A stretch of 64,000 bases of DNA from Cetorhinus maximus (lineage: Eukaryota). The notes below the pieces were generated by a model, which saw nothing but the letters and a program-made list of their open reading frames with translations, was not told the DNA's origin and did not search any database. The position numbers and the translations under genes were made by a program. This document shows positions 13,501-26,349 of the stretch, piece after piece. Location: assembly GCF_964194155.1 (NCBI RefSeq), contig NC_135884.1:57908001-57972000 (forward strand). Reading direction: 5' to 3'. Position 1 is the first letter of the stretch. Every line of letters starts with the position of its first letter.

Positions 13501-13943
13501 CAGTATTTAGCCCACTGGTTGAGAACTTGCTTTTCAATGTCTCTAACAGTGGTTTTCCCCTTTTCCTTTTTACAGGGGTTTCCTCAGAGAGATAGCAGGT
13601 TATAGAGATATGAGGTAAAGAGATATTAGATGTTTTCTCTTTGCAGGCCAGGAGCTTTCTGCAGCTCTGCTCTTCACACAAAGTCTAGATCACATAGTCA
13701 GGAGCCAATTAAAATGCTGTTGACAGGCAATTCCCTTGGTCCAGGACTCTTTTTTGGCACCATCCTGTCTTTCATGGCACACACTATTGCTGGACTGCAA
13801 CATCGTATATATCTCTCATCCTGTTACTGTGGACATGTCTTTCAACCTGCAGCCATTGTAATTCTAATCCACAGTCCAACGGGAAATAAAAAGATATGTT
13901 CTTTACAATAGTTCAGCAGAAATAAAAAGATATATTCCTTACA
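10520..13943 (-). mobile_element. Gmr1-like Ty3/Gypsy LTR retrotransposon, copy 1 (internally deleted)
   Basis: 5' LTR 13059-13943; gag with CFHCNKVGHIRSECW knuckle; protease ILRDTEATQ; integrase zinc-finger fragment (10740-10990) fused to a 3' LTR fragment (10520-10730); collinear with 29700-33425. Confidence 0.9.
13059..13943 (-). repeat. 5' LTR of Gmr1-like copy 1
   Basis: TG...CA termini (tgtcac...ccttaca); homologous to 32481-33425; adjacent decayed tRNA-Pro-type PBS (minus strand ttggggtctcagg). Confidence 0.85.
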
Positions 13944-16104
13944 TCCTCTCTCATACAGGTTGATATTGTAGTGGTTTTGTCCATGTATTCCCTGTCCGTT
14001 CTTGTTAGTGGCTGTTTTGTGATTCACTGGCATATATTTGGCAGACTTACATGAAGCTCAAGGCACAGATATGTCTGCAAGGATTTTCTAGGCTACAGAT
14101 GCTGCTTTCTAGAAATGTTCATTTGCACCGCATCTTGTGGAGAACACTAGCTCCCACCAGGAAGTGGATCATGTTGAACGATATGGACTTATTTTTAGTT
14201 GCTGGAAGGTCATGATTTAACATCTATGGAATAAAATAACCTTCTCAAGTGTTATCCTTGTGTCTGAGCCTAGAAATTAATGCTGATAAGGTATTCAACC
14301 GTGAGTTAGTATTCACATAAGTGCAATGCAGGCCAACATATACATTGTTCAGGAACTGGGACCCTGACTGATTTTTGCCCCTCTTCTAGATGAAAACCAT
14401 TGAAGACAATGGCAGCCCTGTCTAAAATTAGGTAATTCAGTAATGATTTCTATTGTCTGTCAGGTTCAGTACAATACCATTACCTACATTTGCCATTGAA
14501 TTATTCTAAATTTTCATTTTTAAAGTTAACTCCTAACTAATAGAAATCAGAGTTTATTGTGATGAAACTCTTGCACGGATTAAAATAATTTTCACTGGTT
14601 CAACAAGAACTATGCTCAGTTGGATGCAACAGTGATTAATCATGACCTACTGATGATGGAGCTGCAATGCATAACTGAGAAGGTTCTGCAGATTTTAATT
14701 TGGACTCCAAGTCTTTCCCAGTACTGAAATACTGCCACAACCTTTTACAGAGCACCACAGGGCATTTTTTACTCAAAATAAGATAGCAACAAAGCACTGC
14801 ATTATTTCAAAGTGTGAAAACCCCCAATGGAGTTAACTCAATTGGGTTCCTCACACCACCATGCTGCTTACAATGCCCGCTGAATTTTTAAGATCGCACT
14901 TAATCACTATGAAGTTAATGTGAATTCCTCCTACATAATGGGTGTTTGAGGAACCATTTGTAAGAAAACCATCTGTGTGTGAAGCCTTTTCTTTATTTAT
15001 TTAAAGACAAAATAATTTATTTGCTATGAACAGAGGTGCATTTTTCTTCCAATCCCTTCATTAAAGGTCTTTAATCAAGCAGAATGTTTCACTTGGCTAA
15101 GTGTATGTACCTAGAGACCATCTGATGCCTTCAAGATACTTGGGATTTCTTATCAGATGACATTCTGGAATATGCCACCTGCAGTTCAGATCCCAAAGTT
15201 CAATATTTTGTATGGTTCTGAGCTCAATATGAGTGGAGATATCAATGATATAATGGCATTCTGGACTTAACCACGCTGTGGTTGTAACTCGCTTTCAGAT
15301 TGAGCTTGGTCAACATTCACAATCCATTTAGCTCAGCGACAATTCTATCTAGCATTACTCTGTTTGATCACTTGCATGCATTTCCTCACAAAGTGGGTCA
15401 TCATTATTTCTAGATTTGGTACGACCACCAAGAATAGGACAAGCATTTTGTTGCAGAAAATGATTGTTTTCTCTCTGGAAACATTTTCACTGGCTCCTGA
15501 CTTTGTTTGTAAGCCTATTGTAATTAGGAAGCAAATTGCACCATACATGCTAAATACAGAAATCCACAGATGTCAGCTGCCTCAAGTTACTTAGTTTGAC
15601 AATTAATGGCACCCATATGGTATAACCTCCAATTAAACTATTTTCCATTAGGTCTTTTAATGTCTTCTTTATTTTCTTTCTGTGTGACAGGTTGGATGGA
15701 TTCACCCATAGGTGCTTTCATCTGCACTTTTACTTACTGGCACTTCAAGAAATATTTTGAAATCCCTTCCATGCTTCATTAGCAATGATGTTTTCCTCTG
15801 TTTTCTTGCCTTATGCTCAGCAACTGTAGCGCGTGTGCTGGCTGAAGGTTTAAGAGTGACCCAGTATGTCCCTTCACAATGTATGTTTCACCAGAACTGA
15901 CTCTTTTCCATCCATGCAATTGTTTTGATCTAACTGAGCATCAAGAAAGGTTTTTAAAATCAAATGGAAATAGTTACACTAAGAGGGTTTTCCCTGGTCT
16001 CAGCTTTGAGCTGCAGTCATGACTTGTGTTTCTCTGGCATCCAGAATCATCTATTTACATTGACTGACACATTTCAATCTGTGGCACAGTTGTTGCATCT
16101 TTAC

Positions 16105-16822
16105 TTTTTTTATTCATTCATGGGATGTGGGCTTTGCTGGCTAGGCCAGCATTTATTGCCCATCCCTAATTGCCCTTGAGAAGGTGGTGGTGAGCCGCAT
16201 TCTTGAACCACTGCAGTCCATGTGGTGTAGGGACACCCACAGTGTTTTTAGGGAGGGAGTTCTAGGATTTCGACACAGCGACAGTGAAGGAACGGTGATA
16301 TATTTCCAAGTCAGGATGGTGAGTGGCTTGGAGGGGAACTTCCAATTGGTAACGTTCCCATGCATCTGCTGCCCTTGTCTTTCTAGATGGAAGCTGTCGT
16401 GAGTTTTGGAGACGCTGTCTAAGGAGCCTTGGTGAGTTCCTGCAGTGCATCTTGTCAATGATACACACTGCTGCCACTATGCATTGGTGGTGGAAGGAAT
16501 GAATGTTTGTGGATGGGGAGCCAATCAAGCGGGCTGCTTTATCTTGGATGGCGTCAAGCTTCTTGAGTGTTGTTGGAGCTGCACTCGTCCAGGCAAGTGG
16601 AGAGTATTTCATCACACTCCTGCCTTGTGCCTTGTAGATGGTGGACAGGCTTTGGGGAGTTAGGAGGTGAATTACTCGGATTCACAGGATTCCTGGCCTC
16701 TGACCTGCTCTTGTAGCCACAGTATTTATATGGTTAGTCCAGTTCAGTTTCTGGTTAATGGTAACCTCCAGGATGTTGATAGTGGGTAATTCAGCGATGA
16801 TAATGCCATTGAGTATCAGGGG
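16105..16822 (-). mobile_element. CR1-group LINE 3' fragment (ORF2 C-terminus plus 3' UTR)
   Basis: ORF 16262-16615 YSPLAWTSAAPTTLKKLDAIQDKAARLI is typical of the post-RT region; (TGAA)-like tail at the left end. Confidence 0.85.
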
Positions 16823-17239
16823 TTTAACCTTTACCCCAGTTTTTCTGCTTTATTGTGAAATGGATGTTTCAGATTAAACAAATTTTGTCCCTTTTTTGGT
16901 TGCCATGCTTTTGTATTTTCATCTCAGTTCTCTGATTCTGATATTCTTTTCCCACAGGTGATGACAAGAAACATGTTTCCCTGCACAACAAGATTGTCAT
17001 GTTTTCCCTTTTCCTGTAGGCATTCACCCCATGCACTGCCACGGCAATAACAGTCCTTACCTTGTGCTTTGTTATCTTCTTGTCTGGGTTAATATTGCTT
17101 AACATTTAACTTCTCGAGTAACTTTAGGCTTGCTTTTCACATCCTCTTCTCTATTCTCTGATAGTTCAGTTGACAGTCTTTTTCATTCTTTAATGCATAT
17201 GAGCCCAATTACTTTGTTGCCCAACATCTAATAAACTGC

Positions 17240-17380
17240 AATAAAAGCAAAATACTGCAGATGCTGGAAATCTGAAACAAAAACAAAAAAGGAATAACTC
17301 AGCAGGTCTAGCAGCACCTGCGGAGAGAGAAACAGAGTTAATGTTCCGAGTCCGTATGACCCTTCTTCAGAGCTGAAGAA
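17240..17380 (-). mobile_element. Penelope-type terminal repeat fragment with decayed hammerhead-like motif
   Basis: Same family as 25132-25307; minus strand reads CTGAAGA-agggtc-atacg-gactc-GGAAC. Confidence 0.6.
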
Positions 17381-17384
17381 GTAA

Positions 17385-17884
17385 CCATCTTGAAAAGAAA
17401 AATCGACTGCAAACTGAAATCTTTTCAGGGAAAAAAAAAACGTGGAAATCTGCTCCATGCAACTACACCCAGGAAAATAGCTGAACAATATGGCTGCAAT
17501 GTGGAACCACTGTTTCGAGATCAGCCAAGGAACAGCTAACAGTATACTCCTTTGTTTTGTTTTTCATGAACTGTAAAAAATCCTATAAGCTTACTCTGCT
17601 ATCTGTACTGGTATATTTGTGTGCACCCAGATAAATGTATGGTTGCATTTTACCTAGTTTTTGTTTAGCTCGGGAAATTGTTTCAATAAACTTATCTTTT
17701 TCTTTGTTTAACCTAAGAAAACCAGCCTGAGTAATACTTTACAACCTCAAAGCGTAAATAGTGGGACTCGTACAGAATCGACGAAGCTTATCCTCTCTAA
17801 ATTCACTAACAAACCTCTATTTCGCTTAAACCTGGAGTGGGAGGATGGGAGAGTCATTTCACCACTTCTCATGAGGTCTTAACA
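17385..17884 (+). mobile_element. LTR remnant (3' part)
   Basis: aataaa followed by ...aagaaaacc as in 7055-7090; ends cttaaca. Confidence 0.4.
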
Positions 17885-18319
17885 ATAGCACCAAAAAAAG
17901 TAGAAAAACATCCCAAGCTATTTGGAGAGCGGACAGGGTGGCAAGTCATAGTGAGAAAGTTAGGAGAGGGGCTAAAAATTTGCTCGGTGAGTTGGATTCC
18001 AAGAGGGGTTTTATGCATGGAGAGAGAAGCAATGAGACAAAGGAGTTTACAGTTGCAATTCCAAAGAGTAGAACTGAGGGGGCCACAGGTTCTGATACCT
18101 GTGGTGGAGCAAAGGGGGAAAGATGCATATAAGGTCAGAACCAGTGGACTGAAGGGTCCAGGAATATCCATAAGGTTGGAAAGTTAAAGTGGGCTATAGG
18201 CTATGGATGGATTTGAAAATATTGATCAGAGTTTCAACATATTGGAGATACTGTGGGTCAGCACGGATAGGGGTGAAAGGGGACTTGGTGTTGGATGGTG
18301 TATCAGCAGCAGAGATTTC

Positions 18320-19879
18320 GAGTGGAATGTTATGTGCCTGCTGGCATTGGGCGTGTTTGGCAGCGTGAATAGACAATATGGCGAGAAGGCCAAAAATTGG
18401 TCTCATGACGTCTTGAAATCAGTTTGCACTCGTCCACTCTTCCTGTCAATGGCCGGCTCTGTTTTCTGCTATCAGAGGTCGGGATATGCCTCTGCATATC
18501 ATTATAAGGCCAGCCAACCGGAATCATCCCTCCACACTGGATCGTAATTGCACGCTGATGTGTTTCACGACAGCATATATAAGGTGTGCACTTAGCAGGC
18601 TGAACTTTGAGGGGAACTTGGAGCTGACTGCACAGTAACGCTGCACAGTGCTCACGAAGGTCGCCTGTTGGACTTCAAGGCCGAGGCAAGTTGTTGGGGC
18701 CGCAAGGGCTGCCCTGCGGTGTGCGTCTCTGCACTGGTGGAGGGTGTGGGTTAGAACTGTGATGGGTCTTAAATGAAGGTGCCTTCAGATTCCTCTTCAG
18801 AGGTTTCTTCAGGGCTTGATTGGTGGCCCTGAGTCTGGACTCCATTGGCTGTTTCCCAGATATGCCTGTAAAGCAAGGCGAGATAATTAATACATGGCAG
18901 CAGCCTGTGAAAGAGGACACATCACTCATGGCATAGTCGTCTGATGGATGTTCCATTGCTGGATCCTCACTTGGTAGAGCACCGCCGACCTCACCGTCAT
19001 CACAGGACCAGTCTAGATCATCGTCGGCAAGCTGGATGGCTCTATTTTCCAAGTCGGTGAGGATTTCAGGTATTCCTCCACCAGTCTGTGACCTCCCCCT
19101 CTTGTTGTTGTGTGCCAGCTTGTCCTGCATGAATAGAGATGGAGAGAGTGTAAGCAGGATGCCTGCCAGGCCAAATGATAAGTATGCCTGGCCTGTGTGG
19201 GTGGTGAGTGGTCCCATGGATGGGATGGGATGAGGACAATGTAGGTGTGTGTGAGAGAGTGAATGGTGATGTCCTTTGAACTGGCAGTGAGTGAGATCCC
19301 TGTGAATGTCTGATGGCTTTGTGAGTGTGTGAGTTCAGAGTGATGAGTAGAGTGACTTACCCTGGCAGAACAGAGGAGATCATTCATCCTTTATTGGCAC
19401 TGGGTGGCTGTTCTCTTTTGCAGGGCATTGGCACTGACCGCTGTTGCCACTGCCTCCCAAGCTCGATTGGTGATGTTGCTGCCCATCCTGCGGCCAGAGC
19501 AGCAGTAGAGGGCATTCTGGCATCCTCCACGGCATCCAAAAGGTGCTCAAGGGATGCGTTATTAAACCTGGGGGTTGCAGTCTTCTTGCCTTTCAGGGCC
19601 ATGTCTTCTGTACAGCAGTCCTGGGCTGGAAGCATTGAGAGGTATGCGCACAGCTGCACTTTAAATATGGCGCCCAACATGAAGAAGCAGTGAGGCGATG
19701 GCGTGGCGGGCGAATGACAGCCCACCCACCAGCAAAACGGTGTGTTTCCCAGGAATGCATAATTAATGCAATGGGATTGGAACGATACGGCATGAGAAGC
19801 CATAATTGCGGCCGACAGGTAAAACGCCATTCTTCTCGCTCGCTACCGCACTTACTGCAAATCTGGGGCAATTCTGCCC
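18320..19879 (-). mobile_element. Harbinger transposon derivative with Myb/SANT gene remnant
   Basis: Right TIR aattctgccc ends at 19879; degenerate left TIR near 18320; contains a spliced Myb/SANT-like coding remnant. Confidence 0.75.
18675..19602 (-). pseudogene. Harbinger Myb/SANT-like DNA-binding protein pseudogene; exons ~19602-19361, 19124-18971, 18865-~18675
   Basis: MALKGKKTATPRFNNASLEHLLDAVEDAR...MNDLLCSAR|DKLAHNNKRGRSQTGGG; canonical GT-AG introns with compatible phases; frameshifted in exon 1. Confidence 0.8.
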
Positions 19880-20229
19880 TTGGACAAGTTGGAGTTCATG
19901 GAGGTTCAAGGAGACATTGAAGAAATCATTTGCAACGGTAAAGAAAGTATTGGCAGTGGTTTAGACTGTGGTGGGAGTGAACTAGTGTCTGTAGTGGACA
20001 ATGGTGCAGTGATAGATATGAGCAGTCTTATTAATGGATAGAACCTAAGTTTTGAAACTCAGCTCTGGGTCAAACTGGACACTAAGGTTTTCCATTGTCT
20101 GAATTAACCTGAATGAGTGGTCAGGGGACAAGGGGTGGCAATGAAGTGCAGCAATGTTATATATTGGTGGCCAAAGGTTATGCCATCTGTTTTCTCAATG
20201 TTCTGTTATGATCTATATTCAGGGCTACA

Positions 20230-20562
20230 ACCTGCCTGAGTTATCGAAAAAGTTGACGCTACATCTCTAACACATTCTATGAAGGTGATTAAAAAGGATC
20301 ATTTTCTATGAAGTGATTGTTTGAGGAATAAAATGTTGTAGATTCCCATCTTTACCTTCAGGGCACTAAGCATTGTCTGGTTGAAGCACAGAAAAGAAAA
20401 TCAGGTGGGGATGCTGGAAAAATTGAAGCTTTCTAAACTGAAATAGGTTTTTGTTAGGCATGCATATCAAGGGATATGGAATAAAGGCAGCTAATTGGAA
20501 TTGAGGTGCAGATTTGCCGTGATCTAACTGAAAAACGGAGCAGGCCTAAGGGGCTGAATGGA
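20230..20562 (+). mobile_element. CR1 3' fragment
   Basis: atcaagggatatgg...ggagcaggcctaaggggctgaatgg is the sense form of the CR1 3' UTR at 3540-3660. Confidence 0.65.
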
Positions 20563-20613
20563 TGAACGCAGGAGGATGGCCTGTGCCTGTGAAATAAACT
20601 CCCAGGAATACAG

Positions 20614-20876
20614 TGTAGTATAAGGGTCTCGCATAGAAAGGGTTAATGTGGGGCTGGGGACAGTATCACCCACAGTGTGATGTAAAGGAACACATGAGGG
20701 CAGTCTTGTCCTGGACAGAGACATGTGTAGTGGCAAGTATGGAGACAGCTATTAGCTTTGAGCTTATACTGTATATATGTGTATAGTTACAAGCAGTTAA
20801 AAAACCCTTAATGTTAAATAATGCGATACTCGGAACTTCTTTATGAGACCTACCAATCTACAGACACTTTATAACA
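20614..20876 (+). mobile_element. Possible short Gypsy solo LTR
   Basis: tgtagta...tataaca termini, aagggttaa motif, A-rich signal; no exact TSD. Confidence 0.4.
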
Positions 20877-22999
20877 GACAGGACAGAAGGGGAGAATATT
20901 GATGGGCAAAAACTGAATCTTGCTTCTGGTGCTAAACCCAGCAATACGAGGCAAGATTATCTGCTTAAGTACTCCTAACATGTGGGAAATCTCTGCTGAA
21001 TTCTTTTAGTTTCAAATGATGTAAAGCAGGCAGGTGAAAACAAGCAGTCATACAAATAGCAGAAGTCCATCAAAATCCTTTCAATGAAGCTTGCAAATGT
21101 TGAGCAAGCGCACTTAGACACAAAATTTCTTTCAGATAATTTTTTTTAAAGAAAAAGCAGGTCGTGATGTGTGGATAAATGCAGAGTCAAAGTGGGCCTT
21201 TATTTCTCCACTGGGAGAGTTAATTGAACACCTGAAAGGATTTCTAGGAGACTGAATGTACTTCAAGATCTTTATAAAGAGCCTAAAATACCAGCAATCA
21301 ATTTGACATTTCAAAATCTCATGTTGCGCAGTAAAGCTGTCAAATTAGAACATGTGAGGAGCTCAGCTGCCCCATGTGGGCTGTTTTAGTCATTTAGGCA
21401 TATTAACAAGATTGTTACTCAAATGCACCCCTCTGAAGTCAGAATACCTTCAATACTTTGCTGTTTGCATTTGTTCTTGCTTACGGTGTGATTCTATGTC
21501 TGCTTTCTGTAGCCCCATTTTGTTGATGGTGGTGGGGGTAGGGGGAGGCGGGGGGATGTAACGGGTTGGTCCGCCTAATTCACTGCATAAGTTTGCATCT
21601 ACATCTTAGTTCCATACCATCCCAAGGCAAGTAGGATCCTCTTTTCCCTTCCGCTAGTCTACTGCTACTCCAGGTGCTCACCTGAATCACCTTACAATAT
21701 CCCACTGAGTGGTATCAGATCTGGATTAAGCCTCTCATGGTGCAGCCAATCCATATCCCATCAATCCAAATCATTGCCACATGAGGTTAATCAAAAGTCT
21801 CAATGTGCCAGAAATAGTTGCAGCAAGGAATTATTGTACTTCAACTCCAAGTATTGTACAACTCCAGCCGTAGGGTAATTACATTAGTGCACAGCAAAGT
21901 CACTCCTCAGTTTGTGCTATTTTGATTGCAAACTTCAATGCAGCATTGCAGTGACACAGTGTAAATTCATCCCAACCCTGATTACATAGGGGCCTGTTCA
22001 GTCCCATTGCACAGTTTATGCTACTGACAAGGTAAAAATGGCCCCACCCATTTAAGAAAAACATGTGAAATCCACCATTTGAAGATGCAGCTTTAGGGGT
22101 CCTGCTCAGCACAATATGGGCACAGGTTATGGAAAGTGTAAATATGGTGTCTCAGGCACACCAATTACAGAAGTGAGAAAGAAATTTGTTAATATTCAAA
22201 ATCACTGCTAATATGTGATTGCTGTTTAGAGATAGCACCACTATAAGAGTGTTTTGAGAAGGGACTTATGGGAGCGAAACTGTTTAACACAAATTGCATA
22301 TCACTGCAGACCATCTCAGACACACTCCAGACCTATCTGCACCACATGTGGCATGTCATTCTGAGTACTATGTTTGCTAGTTGGCAGCTAGTTCCCAGAG
22401 CTTGGTTCCAGCCCTTTGCTTTTCTAATAGGCCTCCATGTTGAAAGTTTCCAAGAAACAACAAGTTATAATGGAAAAAAAAATCACCAAGTTAACAATTT
22501 TGGCATCTCACTTTATTCCCAGTAGACATTGCGTTGGTAATGCATTTTGTTTTCTTAAGATGTTCTTGAGTTAAGTATTACTAGGGAAGATATTTTATTA
22601 TTTGCCTTTGTTGTACTGCCTGATGGAAATGTTTGTGTTTGGGAAATCTTGGAATTTCTATCTAAGTGGTCTTGTAAATTTTGTTTATTGGAGTTTCATA
22701 TTTTCTGTATGAAGGCCCTGCTTTGGCGATCTCATTTGTGTGCATGCTTGCATTATTTTGCATGTAGTAGTTTTGTATTTTTGTGTGTGTGGATCTCACA
22801 TTTTTTGTACTTGGAATTTCAGACTTTTGTGTTAAATTTCAACATAATCATTGTCAGTATCTCTTTTACCCCAGAACTGACCTGGGAACTTTTCAAGCTG
22901 TATTTTTGTCTTTCCCAGGTGATTATATGAATGCTGTCAGGATGGAGCACTGAGGTTCACACTGCTTATTTGCAATGCAACTGAATGGGCAAACAAAGA

Positions 23000-23458
23000 T
23001 ATGCATTTATATAGCACTGTTCCAAGATCGCAGGACATCCCAAAGCACTTCATATCAAATTAAGTACTTTTTAAAAACAATATTGTAATGTAGATCAAGT
23101 GTCAGCCAATTTGCACACAACATGCTCCCAGAAACAGGAAGATGATATTGACCAGTTAATTCTTTTCTTTTGCGTTGATTGAGGGGAAAATATTGCCCAG
23201 GACGATGGGAATAACTCCCCTGTTCTTCTTAAAAATAGTGCCTTGGGGCCTCTTATGTCTATCTGTGAGGGTAGTCAGGGCCTTGGTTTAACATCTCACC
23301 CAAAAGATGGAACTTCTGGCAGTGCAGCACTCCCTCAGTCCTGCATTTGAATGTCAGCCATAATAATTTTTTGTGCTCAAGTCCTGGTGTGGGATTATGA
23401 ACCCACAGCCTTCTGACTCAGTGGTGAGATTGTTACCAACTAAGCCACTGCTGGCACT
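23000..23458 (-). mobile_element. tRNA-derived DeuSINE-like element
   Basis: Deu-core-like ggtttaacatctcacccaaaagatgg...cagtgcagcactccctcag; tRNA-like head at right; L2-type tail gcatttatatagc at left; paralogue at 45625-46045. Confidence 0.75.
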
Positions 23459-23614
23459 GACTCGATAGCCTAGCTAGTCTTTGTCTGTCCTTAATATTCA
23501 TAAATTAGTGCACATTGTTTTTTCACAAGTAAAATTTTGTTTGATAATGTTCCTGTGAAGTGCCTTGTAACATTTTGCTACATTGAAGTGGCTATATAAA
23601 TGCAAGTTTTTGTT

Positions 23615-24020
23615 TACATAGGCTATCCAGCACATAAGCAGACCATTTGGTCCAACCAGCTGGCATTTATGCTCCACCTGAGTCTCCTCCTATCATTTCT
23701 CATCTAAATCTACCATCGTAACTCTCTTCTTCTTCTAATGCTTGTCTAGCTTCCCCTTAAATGCACCTATACTATTCACTTCAACCACTCCCCGTGGAAG
23801 TGAATTATACAGTTTTACCACTCTTTGAGTAAAGAAATTTCTTCTGAATTCCCTATTGGATTTCTTGGTGACTGTGTTATATTGATGTCCTCTAATAATG
23901 CTCTTTTGCACAAGAGGAAGCATGCTCTATTGCCACTCAATCAAAATCTTTTATAATTTGAAACATTACTATTAGGTCACTCCTCAGCCTTCTTTTATCA
24001 AGAGTAAAGAGATCCTGCTT
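23615..24020 (-). mobile_element. CR1 3' fragment
   Basis: ORF 23735-23923 RRNFFTQRVVKLYNSLP...FKGKLDKH is the CR1 ORF2 C-terminus. Confidence 0.85.
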
Positions 24021-24529
24021 GATGTTGTTGTTGTACCCAGGCATCAGGTCCAAAATGGTGGATATTCTTGCATTAGAGAAAAATATCCACCCCAGGACAC
24101 ATATTGCACAACATTAGAAACAGTTGTCCATTATTCCTCTCCCAGTAGCTCAATACTTAAATGCAACATTTGGTGCTATATTGAGCCATTTAGAAAAGGA
24201 ATTTACCATTCAGAAAAGGAATTAAGTAAAACTAATGATGAATCTCAAAACTCATCTATGCCCCACTCAAAAACTGGTGACATGTTTAGCTCCTCCATCA
24301 ATTTTCTCCTCTCCTGAAGGTGACTACTCTTCTTTGGAGTACAGTTCTATAATTACTGAAAGTTGTCTGGCACCTTGTCTAAGTGAGTCAACTTTACTGT
24401 GTAACGTCAACATGTGTGAGCCTGAATGTTAATGAGATATGTCATCATAGGGGTGATTACAGTAAAAATCCTGACAGACTTTTCTCTTCCTCAACCCATA
24501 GGGAGAGAGACCAAATGCAGTTTCCACCA

Positions 24530-25880
24530 AATACAAGAACATAACAATATAAGAAATAGAAGCAGGGGTAAACCATATAGCCCCTTAAGCCTTTTCTGCC
24601 ATTCAATATGATCATGGCTGATCTTTTGCCTCAATTCCACTTAGCCACCCACTCCCCATATCTCTTGATTCCCTGAGAGACAAAAAAAAAAGCTGTCTAT
24701 CTCAGCCTTAACTATACTCAATGATTGAGCATCCATCTTTCTCAAGGTTAAGGATGGACATTAAATGCTTGCCAGTGATACTCACATCCCATGAAACATA
24801 AATAAAGCCCCTTCAGAATCAATGAGATCACCTCTCATTCTTCTAAAGTCCAGAGAGTATTGCCCATCCCTAATCACCCTTGAGAAGGTGCTTGTTAGTC
24901 TCCTTCTTGAACAGCTGCGATCTATGTCGTGTGGGGAGAGAGTTGCAGGATTTTATCCCAGCAACAGGGAAGGAAATCCCAGCAAAACTTCCTTATGCTT
25001 GTATTCTTGCTCTCTGCCAATCAAAGCCAACATGCAATTTGCCTTTTTAACTGCTTGCTGGACCTGCATGCTAACTTTCTATGCTCCTTGTACAGATACA
25101 TCCAAATCTCTCTAAACATCAGAATTTAGAACAAAAATAAAAACACCTGGAAAAACTCAACAGGTCTGGCAGCAGTTCTGTTGAAGAGTCATGCAGACTC
25201 GAAGCGTTGACTGTGTTCCTCTCCGCAGATGCTGCCAGACCTGCTGAGTTTTTCCAGGTGTTTTTATTTTTGTTTTGGATTTCCAGCATCCGCAGTTTTT
25301 TGCTTTTATCAGAATTTAGAAGTTTCATGTCTTTTAAAAAAAATTCTCCTTTTCTATTCTTACTACAAAAGTGAATAACCTCATACTTTCCCACGTTATA
25401 CTTCATTTGCCACATTGTTGCCCACTCACTTAACCTGTCCTCAAGCTTGCATTCCCACTTAACTTTGTATTATCAGTAAACTTAGATACATTAGTCTTGT
25501 TCTCTTTGTCTAAGTCATTAATGTAGATTGTAAATAGCTTAGGCCCTGGCACTGAGCCTTGCAGCACCCGACTAGCTCTGCAATTAACCAATCCCCCATC
25601 CATGCTAATATATTACCCAAAGCTCCATGGGCCCTTAAGTTAACCTTTTGTGTGGCACCTTATTGAATGCCCTTTGGAAATCCAAGTTTACTACATCTAC
25701 TGGCTCCCTTTTATCTATCCTACTTGTTACATCCTCAAAAAAACTCTAATAAATTTGTCAAGGACGATTTCCCTTTTGTAAAACTCTGCCTGATCATATA
25801 TCATTTTCTAAGAGCATAGTTAAGACTTTCTTAATAATAGATTTCAGCATTTTCCTGATGACTGTTGTCAGACTAAGTAA
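24530..25880 (-). mobile_element. Fragmented CR1 LINE with nested insertions
   Basis: 3' UTR at 24530-24740; WQMKYNVGKYEVIHF motif; pieces collinear with 3535-4900. Confidence 0.85.
25132..25307 (+). mobile_element. Penelope-type foldback insertion with hammerhead-like loop
   Basis: ~44-bp inverted arms (25131-25174, 25230-25273; one mismatch); 14-bp direct repeat atcagaatttagaa (25118-25131, 25308-25321); loop CTGTTGA-agagtc-atgca-gactc-GAAG. Confidence 0.75.
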
Positions 25881-26349
25881 CCCAATTGCTGCCTTTGCAG
25901 GGATAAATTAGCACAAAGTAGCATTGGTATCAATGATGTAGTAACAATTAAACATTCATGGATAATGGTCCTTTGATATGAAACAGTTTCAAGTTATTAA
26001 ATGGAAAGTACCAAAAATCTAAGGTCCTAACAAGTAACATAACCCTCCTCCATCCAGCCCCCCACCCCTACATTGTTTTTCAAGGTTATGCTGAAAGATT
26101 TGACATTTAAGCAGGATAATAATAATGCTCCTTCTATTGTTTGCACACAGCATCATATTATTTCATCTGATGCATCACCTGATTTGCATTTTAATTACTT
26201 TAATTATTTTTCTTATAGCTTATCTCTGCTGGAACAGTTCATGCATAAATAGACTTTATCTACGACTCTCTGAGGCCAACATTAGCATTTCCAAATCTAT
26301 GACAGAATGTAAAAATTACCATCTTTTGCTTCATGCCAAATATAGTACA

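Noticed and set aside
15100-15950. Possible host exons (splice-like AG/GT motifs)
   Set aside because: Frames tested contain stops and no recognisable protein; cannot be excluded without RNA-seq or a homology search.
16830-17220. Lys-rich decayed ORF on the minus strand
   Set aside because: No recognisable motif; left unassigned.
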